This document shows, piece after piece, positions 1 through 8,430 of a stretch of 64,000 bases of DNA (position 1 is the stretch's first letter; every line of letters starts with the position of its first letter). Made by a program: the position numbers and the translations under genes. The notes beneath the pieces were generated by a model. The model was not told the DNA's origin. It was given only the letters and a program-made list of their open reading frames with translations, and did no database searches. Source of the stretch: an uncultured Bacteroidales bacterium (GTDB taxonomy: Bacteria; Bacteroidota; Bacteroidia; Bacteroidales; Paludibacteraceae); contig CASDOZ010000005.1 of assembly GCA_949282265.1 (NCBI GenBank), positions 173,678 through 237,677 of the forward strand, read 5' to 3'.

Positions 1-294
1 GACAACCGCGACGGCGAATGGCCGCGGCTCGCATTCTCCAGCAGCAACCAGGCAAGTTCGACATTCTGGCTTGACAACTTGGCGTACCTGCGCATGAAAA
101 ACCTGATGTTCGGTTACACCATTCCGCCGAAAATCACGCGAAAGTTCTTTGTAAACAACCTCCGTATCTATTACAGCACGGAAAACCTGTTTACCATTAC
201 CAACTACAGAGGCCTTGACCCCGAAAAGACAGACCGCGGGGACATGTACCCGATGGTCAGCTCACATTCTTTCGGTATTATCGTAAAATTCTAA
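1..294 (+). CDS. susC: SusC-type TonB-dependent outer-membrane transporter, C-terminal fragment (5' end outside window)
   Basis: Frame 1 is open from base 1. The tail reads ...STFWLDNLAYLRMKNLMFGYTIP...YPMVSSHSFGIIVKF with a terminal aromatic residue typical of the SusC/RagA barrel. A susD-like gene follows 13 bp downstream. Confidence 0.85.
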   Translation, partial: DNRDGEWPRLAFSSSNQASSTFWLDNLAYLRMKNLMFGYTIPPKITRKFFVNNLRIYYSTENLFTITNYRGLDPEKTDRGDMYPMVSSHSFGIIVKF

Positions 295-307
295 ACGCTT
301 TATCAAT

Positions 308-2169
308 ATGAAAAACCTGCTTATAAAAACAATAGCCTGCACAACCATTCTGGTTGGCTGCATGGCGTGCCACGATGATTTGCTGAACCAGCCTACGCGG
401 GAACACCTGTCGTCATCCACTTTCTGGCAGACAACCGACGATGCCGAATACGCCCTGAACGGCGCCGTTGCCGATGTGCGCCACTTGTTCGACCGCGACT
501 ACTACCTGGATGCCATGGGCGAATATGTATATGTACGCGGTAACGTGCTGCAAGGCACAGCATCCAATTCCGACCCATCTACGGCCTTGAAAAACGGCGC
601 TGCATACGATGGTTTTTACGAGCTCAACCCTGCTGGATATGGTAACAGTTTCAGTAATATGTACAGATACTGCTATGGTGGGATTAATCGTTGCAATTAC
701 GTGATTGAAGGCGTACAAAACATGATTGGCCGTGAAACGAATCCGGATGACATTTCCGTGCTGGAAAGTTATGTCGGCGAAGCCAAGCTCTACCGCGCAC
801 TCATTTACCTGCGCCTAATCTCCTTGTGGGGCGACGTGCCCTACATTGACGAGCGCATCTACTACAAGGAGGAAGCGGACACGCTGTCCAGAAGACCCAT
901 TGAATACATCAAGGACAAAATGATCGAAGACCTCGAATATGCGTACCAGAAACTGCCCGATGCCGCCCCAAAATACGGACGCCTCGCCAAACCGGCCGCC
1001 CTGGCACTGCGGGGAAAAGTGAACCTGTACTGGGCAAGTTGGAACAAATTCGGATGGCCGGAACTGGATACGTTCACACCCAGCGCAGAAGAAGCCCAGA
1101 CAAAGTGATAGACGATTACGGGCTGGAACTGTTCCGCAATGGCGAACCCGGCACATGCGACCCGTTAGGCAAGGCCGAAAACCTGCCGAACTACTACTAT
1201 CTGTTCACTAACGTCGCCAACGGGGATAAAGAATTCATTATCGCATTTACACACGGAGGAGTCGGAACAGACCAGGGAGAACACCTGATGCGCGATTTGG
1301 CAGGGCGGACGCTCGAATACGGGCAATGCTGGGTAACACCGCGCTTTGAAGTTGCAAATCGGTACCAAGACCTGACCACAGGCGATTTCCGCGACTCGCT
1401 GATTGCCATGCCGCCGACCGTTGCCGATGCAAGGACAACGGAAAACTCCGCCATCAACCCGGAAAGCTACGACAACCGCGACTACCGGCTGAAATCATCC
1501 CTGCTGTGGGACTATGAAATGATCATGGGCATATACGACAAGGCGGAAACCGGCTGGTCGCCGTTCGTTTACAAAACATGGGGCGTAGAAAACTTTGAAA
1601 TAGACGGCGTGCTGTACAAGACCTACGAAACCGACGGCTGCATGACAGGTTATGTTTTCCGCAAGTTCGTGCGCAACTACGCCGGACAAGGACGCGACGA
1701 AGGCGATGTGGATTGGCCGGTCATCCGCTTGGCGGATGTTTACTTGATGTATGCCGAAGCCGTCAACTTTGCCAACCTGGCCTCCGAACGCGACTACGCC
1801 ATCCAACTGGTGAACAAAGTACGCCACCGCGGCAACCTGCCCGCCCTCAGCGCGGAGAAAACAGCCACGCAGGAAGCCTTCTTCGAAGCCATAGAGCAGG
1901 AACGCATTGTCGAGCTGCTGGCCGAAGGGCAACGCCCGTTCGACCTGAGACGCTGGCGGAAAATCGAAGAACGCTTCTGCCCGCCGGGCGACCCGGACGG
2001 CTACACCATCCGCGACACATGGGGAAACCCCACCAGCGGTTACAGCCACAGCGGCACATTCTTCCAGAACGCCACCAACCAGGTGTACGAACGCTGCTAC
2101 ATTTTCGCCATTCCGGAAAGCGAACGCAACCGGAACCCGAACCTGACACAGAATAAACCGTGGCTCTAA
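308..2169 (+). pseudogene. susD: SusD/RagB-family glycan-binding lipoprotein split by a frameshift near 1090-1105
   Basis: ORF 308-1108 has a lipoprotein signal (LVGCMAC) and a SusD N-terminal region. ORF 1039-2169 carries the RagB/SusD C-terminal region (...VIRLADVYLMYAEA...ERIVELLAEGQRPFDLRRW...). The two overlap in different frames and together make about one normal-length SusD. Confidence 0.8.
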
Positions 2170-2212
2170 AACAATACTGAACAATCATCGTTATAACCAA
2201 AAAACATACATT

Positions 2213-2644
2213 ATGAACACGAAGAAAATAATATACGGGCTTTGCCTCGTCCTGCTTCCCCTGTTATGCACAAGCTGCCTGTTCAGCGACTATCCCGTCG
2301 ATGAAGACGGGCTGCTGATAACGACCCGGGCGGAATGTTACGTCAGCAACTTCAAGCTGCTCGGCACCGACCTGCTGCCTGTCCACTTCAACGACGGCGA
2401 TGCCGTTATCGACACCGTGGAATGCAGCATACGTGTAAAAGTCAAATACGGCACAGACCTCCGGAACGTTTACCCGCAGTTCACGCTGGTAACCGATGCC
2501 AAGCTGTCGCCCAAGGTAACCGGATTCACCGACTTTTCGGACTACAAGGAGAACCCGCCGAAATACACCGTGATTTCCGGCAACCGCCAGGTACAGAAAA
2601 CATATACCATTTACATAACCGAACAGGAATACACCATTCAATAA
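2213..2644 (+). CDS. PUL-associated small lipoprotein, unknown function
   Basis: Signal peptide with lipobox (LLPLLCTSC). It lies immediately downstream of susD, the usual position of SusE/F-like surface proteins. No family was recognised. Confidence 0.65.
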   Translation: MNTKKIIYGLCLVLLPLLCTSCLFSDYPVDEDGLLITTRAECYVSNFKLLGTDLLPVHFNDGDAVIDTVECSIRVKVKYGTDLRNVYPQFTLVTDAKLSPKVTGFTDFSDYKENPPKYTVISGNRQVQKTYTIYITEQEYTIQ

Positions 2645-2656
2645 AAACAGGTAATC

Positions 2657-3661
2657 ATGAAAAAGAACATATTGTCATTTGCCGCATGCGCACTGTGCTG
2701 TATATCCATGTTGCTGTGCTCATGCCACAACGAAGAAGAAACGCCGGTTTTCCAGAACAAGTGCCTGAAACGCAGTTTGGGTCCCAACGTCTGGGGAAAT
2801 GAAATCGAATTTGCCTACGCCATGGCCATCCAGCCGGCCGCCGGCAACCTGGTCAATGCCAAAGTGGAGGCCAGCATCCCCGGGGCGGAGGGCACATGGC
2901 TGGAACACCGCTCCTACTACACGAAACTGGACGGCATCGACACGGCCATCGTGGTCGGCAATCCGTCCGTAACCGACGGCCCCATCACGCAAGTAGATTA
3001 CTGTGTGGACACATGCGCCGCCACCTTGCGCTACTACTACGTCATACCCGAAGAAGCCAAGGGCAAGCAGGTTACGTTCACGTTCTCCGCGCAGGCCACC
3101 AACGGCGAAACGGTTTCCATGAGCATGGGACCCTACGACATAGCCACCATGGACATGAAGCTCGACCTGAGCCTTTCCGCAGCCAACTGCTACATTTCCA
3201 TTGAGGACATGGCCGTTTACAACGCCGCCCAGGCCGCCGAACATCCGGAAAAGATAGACCTTGTCTACCTGTACAGGAACTACAACGTGGACACCGTCGC
3301 CTTCAACCATGCGTTTGTCGCGCCCGCCGCCGATGCGCAGAAATACCTGCCCGGCGTCACGCTGCCGGCCGGCGTGAACCGCGACACGCGGATCAGGGAC
3401 GTGGGCATCAAGGATGCGCACCTGGCACGGCTACACCTGAAAAACCCGCCCGAGGCGCAACCGGCCATCTATATTGACGACATAGACCTGCGCGACATGG
3501 ACATGTCGAACATGCCGAACTGGGCGCTCGACATTGCCACCAACGACGGCATGTTCATCGAAACCCAGGATGGGAAATACAAGGCCTATATCTACGCCAA
3601 CGAGATGAAGAAAGGCAGGGCCGGAGGAACCATCAGCATGAAACGCTACACCGTATTTTAA
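2657..3661 (+). CDS. PUL-associated lipoprotein, unknown function
   Basis: Lipoprotein signal (ISMLLCSC). It starts 13 bp after the previous gene and has coding-like composition. No family was recognised. Confidence 0.65.
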   Translation: MKKNILSFAACALCCISMLLCSCHNEEETPVFQNKCLKRSLGPNVWGNEIEFAYAMAIQPAAGNLVNAKVEASIPGAEGTWLEHRSYYTKLDGIDTAIVVGNPSVTDGPITQVDYCVDTCAATLRYYYVIPEEAKGKQVTFTFSAQATNGETVSMSMGPYDIATMDMKLDLSLSAANCYISIEDMAVYNAAQAAEHPEKIDLVYLYRNYNVDTVAFNHAFVAPAADAQKYLPGVTLPAGVNRDTRIRDVGIKDAHLARLHLKNPPEAQPAIYIDDIDLRDMDMSNMPNWALDIATNDGMFIETQDGKYKAYIYANEMKKGRAGGTISMKRYTVF

Positions 3662-3758
3662 ACATACTACCTGCATGGGGACGGACTCGGGAACGGTTCC
3701 GCCCCTATTTCCTATAAACACATATTAGCAAACATAACCCTTTAAAAACTTGTCCAAC

Positions 3759-5828
3759 ATGAATCTGTCAAACATCAAAGCCACCCTTATAGCAACCCTC
3801 TTGTCCATGGCCTGCCTATCGTGCCAGCCCGGCCGGAACGGCGGCAACAGCAAACCCGAATACCTGCACGCGCCGTTCGTGCACCCGGGCATGTTCCAGA
3901 GCCAGGCCGACCTGGACACCATGCGCCAAAACGTAGCCCGCGGCACTGAACCTTGGGCAACGGCCTGCAAACAACTGATAGCCGAAACGGACACCGCCAG
4001 ACAAATAAAGGCATACACCTGCGTATCCGTCGGGGCATACAACACCAACAGCATAGGGGGAAAAGAGTTTTCCGAAGACGCCAACGCGGCATACGCAAGC
4101 GCGCTCCTGTGGTACATAACCCAAGACCCCGCCTACGCGCGGCACGCCATCAGGATACTGGACGCATGGTCGGGCAAGCTGTGGAGTCTGGACGGGAACA
4201 ACGCCAAACTCAACATCGGCCTGTTCGGCCACAAATTCCTGAACGCCGCCGAAATACTGAAACACACCGGTTCCGGCTGGACGGAACAGAGCATGCAGCA
4301 GTTCGAGCGGATGCTGCGCACCGTGTTCTACCCCACCATCAAAGACTTCTTTGTCGAAGCCAACGGCAACTGGGACGCCTCCATGATGGCCACCATGATG
4401 TGCATGGGTGTGTTCCTGGACAACCACGACATGTTCAACCGCGCCGTGGAACGCTTCTACCGCGGCGAGGGCAACGCCGGCATCACCCGCTACATCTACC
4501 CCACCGGGCAATGCCAGGAAGCCACGCGCGACTGGGGACACGTGCAGTTGGGATTAGGCGAACTGTCCAAGGCCGCGCAGGTGGCCTGGACGCAGGGGCT
4601 GGACCTGTACGCCGCCGCCGGACACCGGCTCGCACGCGGATATGAATACACGGCGCAGTTCCTCGGCGGCGAAGAGATGCCCGCATTCGGCGACATATCC
4701 TACCGCGAACGCGGCATATCCGACATCTACACCTCCATCCATAACCATTACGCCAAGGTGAAAGGCATCCGGCTCCCGCATACCGGCGCGCTGATGGCCG
4801 CACACCCGGAGGCGGCCAAACCCCTGGGCACGCTGAGCGCCACGCGCGCATACGATAACATCGCTGGAAACGAACCAATCGGAAAGAACATACTGCCGCA
4901 GGAAGACAACATCCGGCCGGAAACGACCGGTGCATCGATGGCGGGCGGCAACAGCATACCCGCCGCGGAAAAGTTGGAAGTACTGCCTGGGGAAGACATT
5001 CAGGCGGCCATAGCCAAGGCCGGAAGCCGCTGGGTCGTGCTCAAGGAAGGGCTGCACGCCATCCGGCAGCCGCTCCGCCTGGAAAGCGGCACCAAGCTGT
5101 GCGGCGAGGGACGCAAAAGCATACTGATGTTGCAGCCGGACTGCCTCGGCCCCACCATCATCAACGCCACGGCCGACATGCACGACATCGTCTTGCAGAA
5201 CTTCGTCGTGGAGGGGGCAACCACGGCGGAAACCGGCTTCGACCCGAACTACGACCGCAGCCTGCGCCTGTGCTCGCACGCCCCGTCGCGCGAGGGCATC
5301 ATCCTGCAATCGGACTCCGTCCATAAAATGCACGGCATCACCCTGCGCAACATGACTGTGCGCAACTGCACGAAAAACGGCGTATATATTGCCGGCGCAA
5401 GGAACATCACCATAGCCCAATGCGACCTCGACAACAACGGCTCCAACGTCGTGCCCGGGCCATATTTCCACCACAACATGCACCTGAGCCACGTGGCGCA
5501 AGCCGACATAACCGGCAGCAGGTTCGACTCCTCCCTGTGGGGCGACGGGCTGCGCATCACCTTCGGCTCGGATGTGCGCATTGCCGGCAACGAGATGGCG
5601 CGCAACGCCCTGTCAGGCATCTACTGCGCGGAATCCGTCCGGATAGACATGTCGGGCAACCTCATGGAAGGCAACAATGTGGCCGGCATCTGCGTGGAGC
5701 AGCTCATGGACGCCTGCACGCAGATAAGCATCAGCGGCAACCGCATCCAGTACAACGGGCAGGCCGGCATCCGTTCCGTCGGGAACAACGGCATTGAGCG
5801 TCAGGACAACCGCGAATCCGGCAACTGA
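3759..5828 (+). CDS. Lipoprotein with an alginate-lyase-like (alpha/alpha-toroid) N-terminal domain and a right-handed parallel beta-helix C-terminal domain; candidate polysaccharide lyase
   Basis: First ATG at 3759 (the ORF opens at TTG 3750). Lipobox LSMACLSC. The N-terminal half resembles the alginate_lyase/heparinase-like fold (HPGMF..ADLD, NGNWDASMM, RDWGHVQ). The C-terminal half has repeated beta-helix turns (NCTKNGVYIAGARNITIAQCDLDNNG.., IAGNEMARNALSGIYC.., SGNRIQYNGQAGI). Confidence 0.7.
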   Translation: MNLSNIKATLIATLLSMACLSCQPGRNGGNSKPEYLHAPFVHPGMFQSQADLDTMRQNVARGTEPWATACKQLIAETDTARQIKAYTCVSVGAYNTNSIGGKEFSEDANAAYASALLWYITQDPAYARHAIRILDAWSGKLWSLDGNNAKLNIGLFGHKFLNAAEILKHTGSGWTEQSMQQFERMLRTVFYPTIKDFFVEANGNWDASMMATMMCMGVFLDNHDMFNRAVERFYRGEGNAGITRYIYPTGQCQEATRDWGHVQLGLGELSKAAQVAWTQGLDLYAAAGHRLARGYEYTAQFLGGEEMPAFGDISYRERGISDIYTSIHNHYAKVKGIRLPHTGALMAAHPEAAKPLGTLSATRAYDNIAGNEPIGKNILPQEDNIRPETTGASMAGGNSIPAAEKLEVLPGEDIQAAIAKAGSRWVVLKEGLHAIRQPLRLESGTKLCGEGRKSILMLQPDCLGPTIINATADMHDIVLQNFVVEGATTAETGFDPNYDRSLRLCSHAPSREGIILQSDSVHKMHGITLRNMTVRNCTKNGVYIAGARNITIAQCDLDNNGSNVVPGPYFHHNMHLSHVAQADITGSRFDSSLWGDGLRITFGSDVRIAGNEMARNALSGIYCAESVRIDMSGNLMEGNNVAGICVEQLMDACTQISISGNRIQYNGQAGIRSVGNNGIERQDNRESGN

Positions 5829-6649
5829 CCGGCAGGCTCTTCCGGCAAAGCCCCGTTTTCCCCTTCGGGCAATGATTCCATCCCGGCATCGGGCACAGCC
5901 GCGTCCGGCGCATCCTCCTGCGCAGCCGCGGCGCGTCCCTTGCGTTTGGCAAGGGTCACCTCGAAGTCGTGCAGGCGGTTGTTCAGCCGCCTGAACAGGT
6001 CGGCATAACGCTCCGGCCCGTACACCACGCACAGCGCGTTGAGCCGCCGCGCCAGCCCGCGGTAGCACGCCAGCAGCTCCTGCCGCGCTTTCAGCGAATC
6101 GCCCGTATGCCGCCACACGTTCTCCATGGCGCGCCGCTTGTCTGTTTCCATATACAGCCGGTGCACCCGCTCCAGCTCGTCCACCCAGGCCGTCAGCCCC
6201 AGCACCTCCACACGCGGCGCACGCGCCTCGCTGCGCATGTCCGCAATGAAATTCTCCATATAGCCGGCCTTGTCGGCCAACGGTTTGCGGTGCACGCCCT
6301 TGTAGGTGTTCACCACCGGCCGCAGCCCGCAGGCCGCCTCGCGCGCCTTTGCCTCATAGTGCCGGTAGCCCGTCCGTATGGTGCGCATAATGCCCATGAA
6401 CACGTCCGTGCGCTGCCTGTCCAGCCCGTCCAGCTGGGGCGTCAGCGCCGACCGCCCGACCACCACAATCACCTGTTCGTAGCGTTCCAGCGCGGCACAG
6501 AACGCCCCGAAGCTCTCCTCGCAATCCAGGTGCGCCGCGTCGGCCCCCTCTTGCCCGATGGCATCACGCACCTCGCAGCAAAAGGTCATGAACTCATTGT
6601 TGCGCAGCTCCCGCACCTGTCCCAACGGCCTGATCATTGTCTTTTCCAT
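5801..6649 (-). CDS. Orphan cytoplasmic protein, paralog A (282 aa, Pro/Glu/Ala-rich C-terminal tail)
   Basis: ATG at 6649 (MEKTMIRPLGQV...). The longer ORF to 6781 runs into non-coding-looking sequence. Clearly homologous to the product of 51576-52370 (shared blocks GAD, LTxQLxxLDRQR, TIR, ExLGL). No signal peptide or TM segment. Confidence 0.7.
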   Translation of the reverse strand: MEKTMIRPLGQVRELRNNEFMTFCCEVRDAIGQEGADAAHLDCEESFGAFCAALERYEQVIVVVGRSALTPQLDGLDRQRTDVFMGIMRTIRTGYRHYEAKAREAACGLRPVVNTYKGVHRKPLADKAGYMENFIADMRSEARAPRVEVLGLTAWVDELERVHRLYMETDKRRAMENVWRHTGDSLKARQELLACYRGLARRLNALCVVYGPERYADLFRRLNNRLHDFEVTLAKRKGRAAAAQEDAPDAAVPDAGMESLPEGENGALPEEPAGQLPDSRLS

Positions 6650-6802
6650 AATATAATTCGTTTGATTGGTTGTCCGCCTGTTTTTTCCGGCCGGCCTGCC
6701 CATCCGCCCGCCAATCCGTCCGCAGGCCTCCGGCCGGATGCCCGTACGTGGTTCCCGCCCATCCTGTGCCTGCGATGGCAAATATAGGCAAAAGAAAGTG
6801 AT

Positions 6803-7084
6803 ATTGCAAACAGGTAATAAATATACGACAGATTATCGAGCCATTTATTACCTAATGCAATTGATATTACCACAAATATAGAACTATCTATTACTTGACG
6901 TAACAAATAGTATAATAAACATAAAACTATTTATTACAATATGTAACAAATAGTTTCCTGAATATAGAATTATATATTACTGAATGTAATAGATTGTATT
7001 ACATATATAATCCTATTCATTACGACAGGTAATAGATAGTTTTACATATATGGATATATAAATTACTGAATGTAATAGATAGTT
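6803..7084. repeat. Tandem array of 7 units, period 42-44 bp, each with palindromic core ATTAC-N5-GTAAY followed by ARATWGT
   Basis: Cores start at 6803 (degenerate ATTGC-N6-GTAAT), 6847 (ATTAC-N5-GCAAT), 6889, 6933, 6976, 7019 and 7062. The block is very AT-rich and lies about 150-435 bp upstream of the minus-strand ATG at 6649. Confidence 0.85.
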
Positions 7085-7245
7085 CCATGAATCGGCTTAT
7101 AATAAATACGCTCTTGTGCAGACATCCTGCCCATGCAGCCATGCCCGCCATGCCATCCGGTGCAGGCTGCACCTGCCTGCCGCCATGCAGCCGCGGCTGG
7201 CGGACACCACCGCCTGCCAACCTGGCAAATAGACATAAGAAGTGG

Positions 7246-7977
7246 TTACAAGCGGTCTATAACGTAATGTTTGAACCATGAGGGAATGTACTCTATCCCA
7301 TCGGCAAGCGACATGCTCCCGGCGTTCACAGATGCCAGCAGCTTGGGTTCGGACGCGCTGTTGTCGAAAATGAACGCGCGGTCGGCCAGCCTCATGGCCT
7401 CGAGCAGCTGTTCCATGGAACGCCCATAACGTTCCGTGATTTTGTCTTCCGGCACAGAGTGCCCTCCCTGTTGCACCCGTGCGGCCACGCGCTCCTTGTT
7501 CAAGGCAGGGTTTTCCAGCGACACAAAATAGAGGTAAATGCGGTATCCCTTGCTTTTGGCAAGGCGGATATAGTCCACTTTGGAAGGATGGGACATGACG
7601 GTCTCAAAGGTGAACCGATCGCAACAGTCAAGCATTTTTTCCCGCAAATATGCCGAAAGGAAGGACGTAAAATAATCATTCACGGCAACCGGCAAGCACA
7701 AGACTGTTCCCTCAAACCGGCTTCCTGCCTTCAGGATGCCGCCATCAGCCTTGCCAAACAACGCCGATTGGGAAAACCGCGCCCAAAAATCATTCTGGTC
7801 AATAACGGGCAGATAGGTGGCAAAATCGAACCGCAACGTTTCATTGATGCCGCCTTTCAATTCGTCTGCGTTAATGTATTTGCCTAAATGGATACCCGCA
7901 TTCCTTACGATTGCAGTTATAGTCGATTTACCCGAGCCGTTGGGGCCAGCGAAAATGCGGAGGCGTTTGGTAGTCAT
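7246..7977 (-). CDS. Zeta-toxin / COG4185-type P-loop kinase (toxin candidate)
   Basis: Walker A motif FAGPNGSGKST at the N-terminus. ETVMSH and GGHSVPEDKITERY blocks are typical of the zeta-toxin/AAA_33 family. A small partner gene sits 3 nt upstream. Confidence 0.75.
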   Translation of the reverse strand: MTTKRLRIFAGPNGSGKSTITAIVRNAGIHLGKYINADELKGGINETLRFDFATYLPVIDQNDFWARFSQSALFGKADGGILKAGSRFEGTVLCLPVAVNDYFTSFLSAYLREKMLDCCDRFTFETVMSHPSKVDYIRLAKSKGYRIYLYFVSLENPALNKERVAARVQQGGHSVPEDKITERYGRSMEQLLEAMRLADRAFIFDNSASEPKLLASVNAGSMSLADGIEYIPSWFKHYVIDRL

Positions 7978-7980
7978 ACG

Positions 7981-8214
7981 CTATTTCAGTTTGAAAGTGC
8001 GTTGGCTCACTTTGTATTTGCTCTGCTTGACTTCCATGAGCAAGTTTGCACCGTTGTCGCTGACCCGGTATATTTTGTTGCCGCGCAAAACGGTGGCGAC
8101 CTCCCCGTTCGACAGCGTATTCCGGTAAGCATCCTTGCCCCACCGTTTCAGGCCATCCTGAATGCGTTGTTCTTCCGACTTATCCTTACAATTTGTCGTC
8201 TTTTTCTGTTCCAT
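7981..8214 (-). CDS. Small upstream partner of the zeta-like toxin (antitoxin candidate, 77 aa)
   Basis: 77-aa ORF ending 3 nt before the toxin ATG. A TATCTTTG -7 box lies about 40 nt upstream. No recognisable family. Confidence 0.45.
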   Translation of the reverse strand: MEQKKTTNCKDKSEEQRIQDGLKRWGKDAYRNTLSNGEVATVLRGNKIYRVSDNGANLLMEVKQSKYKVSQRTFKLK

Positions 8215-8253
8215 AGGGGAATATTTAGGAGTTGTTTACAGTTTTGCTGTTGG

Positions 8254-8261
8254 CAAAGATA
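8254..8261 (-). promoter_or_regulatory. Bacteroidetes -7 box (TATCTTTG on minus strand) for the TA pair
   Basis: Matches the TAnnTTTG consensus and lies about 40 nt upstream of the ATG at 8214. Confidence 0.4.
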
Positions 8262-8339
8262 CGGAAATAATACATAAGAACGAACAATCTGCAAGATTAT
8301 TTTGCCGGCACTTCCCCGTCCGGGAAATGCGGACATACG

Positions 8340-8379
8340 GAAGGAGATGCCCGGACCTGCTGTCCGGAACGCCTCCTTC
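8340..8379 (-). terminator. Compound hairpin downstream of the GH5 gene
   Basis: Outer stem GAAGGAG/CTCCTTC (8340-8346/8373-8379) and inner stem CCGGA/TCCGG (8351-8355/8363-8367). There is no strong U-run. Confidence 0.35.
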
Positions 8380-8430
8380 TCTATCAAGCACACAATTTTT
8401 TATACCGGCAACAACTGCCCGAAAACCTCT

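Noticed and set aside
7100-7245. Abrupt GC-rich patch with duplicated CCATGCAGCC and short palindromes (GGTGCAGGCTGCACC, CAGCCGCGGCTG) between the AT-rich array and the zeta-toxin gene
   Set aside because: Only short, loop-less palindromes are present and there is no U-run. The overlapping ORFs (7020-7281) look spurious. It is probably a junction between differently sourced segments or a weak terminator region, and the evidence does not support a distinct feature.
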